From the NCBI RefSeq assembly GCF_009914755.1, contig NC_060941.1: DNA of 64,000 nt. One strand, given 5' to 3'. Within the stretch, counting starts at the first letter, position 1; every line of letters begins with the position of its first letter. This stretch comes from the human T2T-CHM13v2.0 reference genome, Homo sapiens. The notes beneath the pieces are model-generated. The model worked only from the letters and a program-made list of their open reading frames with translations. It was not told where the DNA came from and ran no database searches. Shown here in pieces: positions 61,245-64,000 of this stretch. The position numbers and the translations under genes were made by a program.

Positions 61245-62702
61245 TTAATTAAAAACTATTTTTAAAACTAACCAGATTCTAGAAAAAAGTGAAAACACAT
61301 TTTCAAAAATGCTACTAACTTGATTCGAAAAAGACTATCTCAGTGTCTTCCACATGAGGCAGGAGAAGAAACCAATTCTTAAACCTCATTTCCCCTACCC
61401 CTGAGATCAATGGGTTCCTATAGATAGAATTTTATATTTATATTTTCCCATTGTTATTAATGGTAATTAACAACATGTAAATGGTATGGTTAAAAGTCAC
61501 CCTCATTTCACCTTTGATACTTTATCTTTTCTTTGTTTCAATGCATTGATACCTTATCTTGATGTCTCACATTACTTCAACAGAAATAAAAAATACATTT
61601 TGAAAAGCAATGTAAAAAATTAAACTTTGTCTCAGAAAATTATACTAAAAAACTGTTATAGGCCAGGCATGGTGGCTCACATCTGTAATCCCAGCATTTT
61701 GGGAGGCTGAGGCCCACAGATTATCTGAGGTCGGGAGTTCGAGACCAGCCTGACCAACACGGAGAAAACCCCCTCTCTACTAAAAATACAAAATTAGCCA
61801 GGTGTGGTGGCGCATGCCTGTAATCCCAGCTACTCAGGAGGCTGAGGCAGGAAAATGGCTTGAACCAAGGAGGCAGAATTTGCGGTGAGCCGAGATCATG
61901 CCATTGCACCCCAGTCTGGGCAACAAGAGCGAAACTCCATCTCAAAAAAAACAAAAAACTGTTGGAAGGTTTAAAATGATTTAGCTACAGGTGTTATGAA
62001 AACTAAGCATAGGAAAAAATAAGGCAATTTTTAAAACAAGGAAAAACAAAATATTGAATAAGAAAGAAACCTAGCTGCCACGGTGGCTCACACTTGTAAT
62101 CCCAGCATTTTGGGAGCCTGAGGAGGGCAGATCACTTGAAGTCAGCAGTTCGAGAATAGCCTGGCCAACATGGTGAAACCCTGTCTCTACAAAAAATACA
62201 AAAATTACCCAGGTGTGGCAGTGTGCACCTGTAATCCCAGCTACTTGGAAGGCTGAGGTGGGAGGGAGAATCTCTTGAACCTGGGAGGCAGAGGTTGCAG
62301 TGAGCCAAGGTTGTGCCACTGCACTTCAGCCTGGGTGACAGCGCAAGACCCTGTCTCAAAATACAAAAAAAAGAGAAAAAGAAAGAAAACTATATCATAG
62401 TACACTATGTTGCAAGGAATATTTACATAGTCATAATATTGTAAATAACACTGATTTAACCAAAAATTGTGATATAATTTCACTGGATTTTGTCAGGGAG
62501 GGATGTAAGAAAGTTAAATACGTATCTCTTCTACAAATGCAAAGCAAAAGATAAGTTTAAAATTATTTTAAAATAACAGTAAAGGGCCAGGCGCGGTGGC
62601 TCACACCTATAACCCCAGCACTTTTGGAAGTTGAGGCTGGCAGATCGCTTGAGCCCAGCAGTTCAACACCAGCCTGGGCAACACAGCAAAACCCTGTCTC
62701 TA

Positions 62703-62870
<168 letters not shown>

Positions 62871-63269
62871 TCATTGGACTTTAGCCTGGGTGACAGAGTA
62901 AGACTCTGTCTCAAAAAAAAAAAAAAAAAAAAAGTAAAAATATTTAGAACTAAATGGTGGTATGTACCAGAAGCAACTACTAGAAACTGGTTGCTTCTGG
63001 AACCCTGATAAAATTGAGCTAGGTAAGGATAGGAACTCTTGTTTTCACTAACTCTTTTTTTATTCTATTTTAACTATGTGCATATGTCACTTTGATAAAA
63101 TAAGTAAATAAGTAAGATTTACTTGCAAAACAGGTGATGCATTTCCTACTGATACATAGATTCATCATAAATCAAAGATTGCATTTCATCACACCCTCTG
63201 CCCTAGTAACCTGATTTCGGGTCCTTATTTGACACCATGGTTTGTTTTCTTTTTTTTTTTTCCTTTTGA

Positions 63270-63650
<381 letters not shown>

Positions 63651-63834
63651 TAGAGAATCACCAAAGGAAAATTCATGCACAGAGTATAAAATATTCCCCC
63701 CAAAGAGACTTACTAAGTTTTATGAAAATAAAACTAGTTATTTCCACAAGATGTTCTGAGTTATATTTATATAGATTACTATCCTGCCAAGTTATTTTAT
63801 TGTTAAAAAATAAACACTTCATGAAAGGTAAACA

Positions 63835-64000
63835 GTTCTCAGTCTTACGTAGATGCTAAAAAAGTTGATCTCATAGAAGTAGAGAGTAGAATAGTGGTTA
63901 CTAGAGGCGAGGAAAGGGATGGGGGAGGAAGTGATAGCTGAAAGTTGGTTATGTATAGAAAAGTACAGCCAGATAGGAGGGAAAAGTTGTAGCATGCTAC
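63835..64000 (+). mobile_element. L1MA-type 3' fragment (runs off the window)
   Basis: gctaaaaaagttgatctcatagaagtagagagtagaatagtggttactagaggc. Confidence 0.8.

Overview
Primate (human-like) genomic DNA lying inside the 5' half of the deubiquitinase gene USP32, which is on the minus strand. Seven intact coding exons are present (inferred exons 3-9: 106, 119, 160, 132, 108, 116 and 63 nt). All have GT-AG boundaries and splice into one open frame encoding the N-terminal EF-hand region (VIYCSFGG...DENRDNHIDFKE...DVDRDGVLSRVE...HDTTK). About 99% of the window is intron. It contains dozens of Alus, old L1/L2/MIR fragments, MaLR and ERV1 solo LTRs, Tigger/hAT-derived MITEs, and one processed H3.3 (H3F3A-type) pseudogene on the + strand. 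Almost all ORFs in the track are repeat-derived artefacts. I find no convincing novel multi-gene system. The most interesting local observations are: an inverted AluY pair bracketing exon 5; one target site used in turn by the H3.3 retrocopy and an Alu; a young 127-bp tandem duplication; a V-SINE-like core inside a MER82-type MITE; an intronic in-frame 'PPKV' echo of exon 2 just upstream of exon 3; and several candidate cryptic or recursive splice elements. Repeat subfamily names and exon numbers come from recalled consensus and protein sequences, not from a database run. Repeat boundaries are approximate unless a TSD is quoted.
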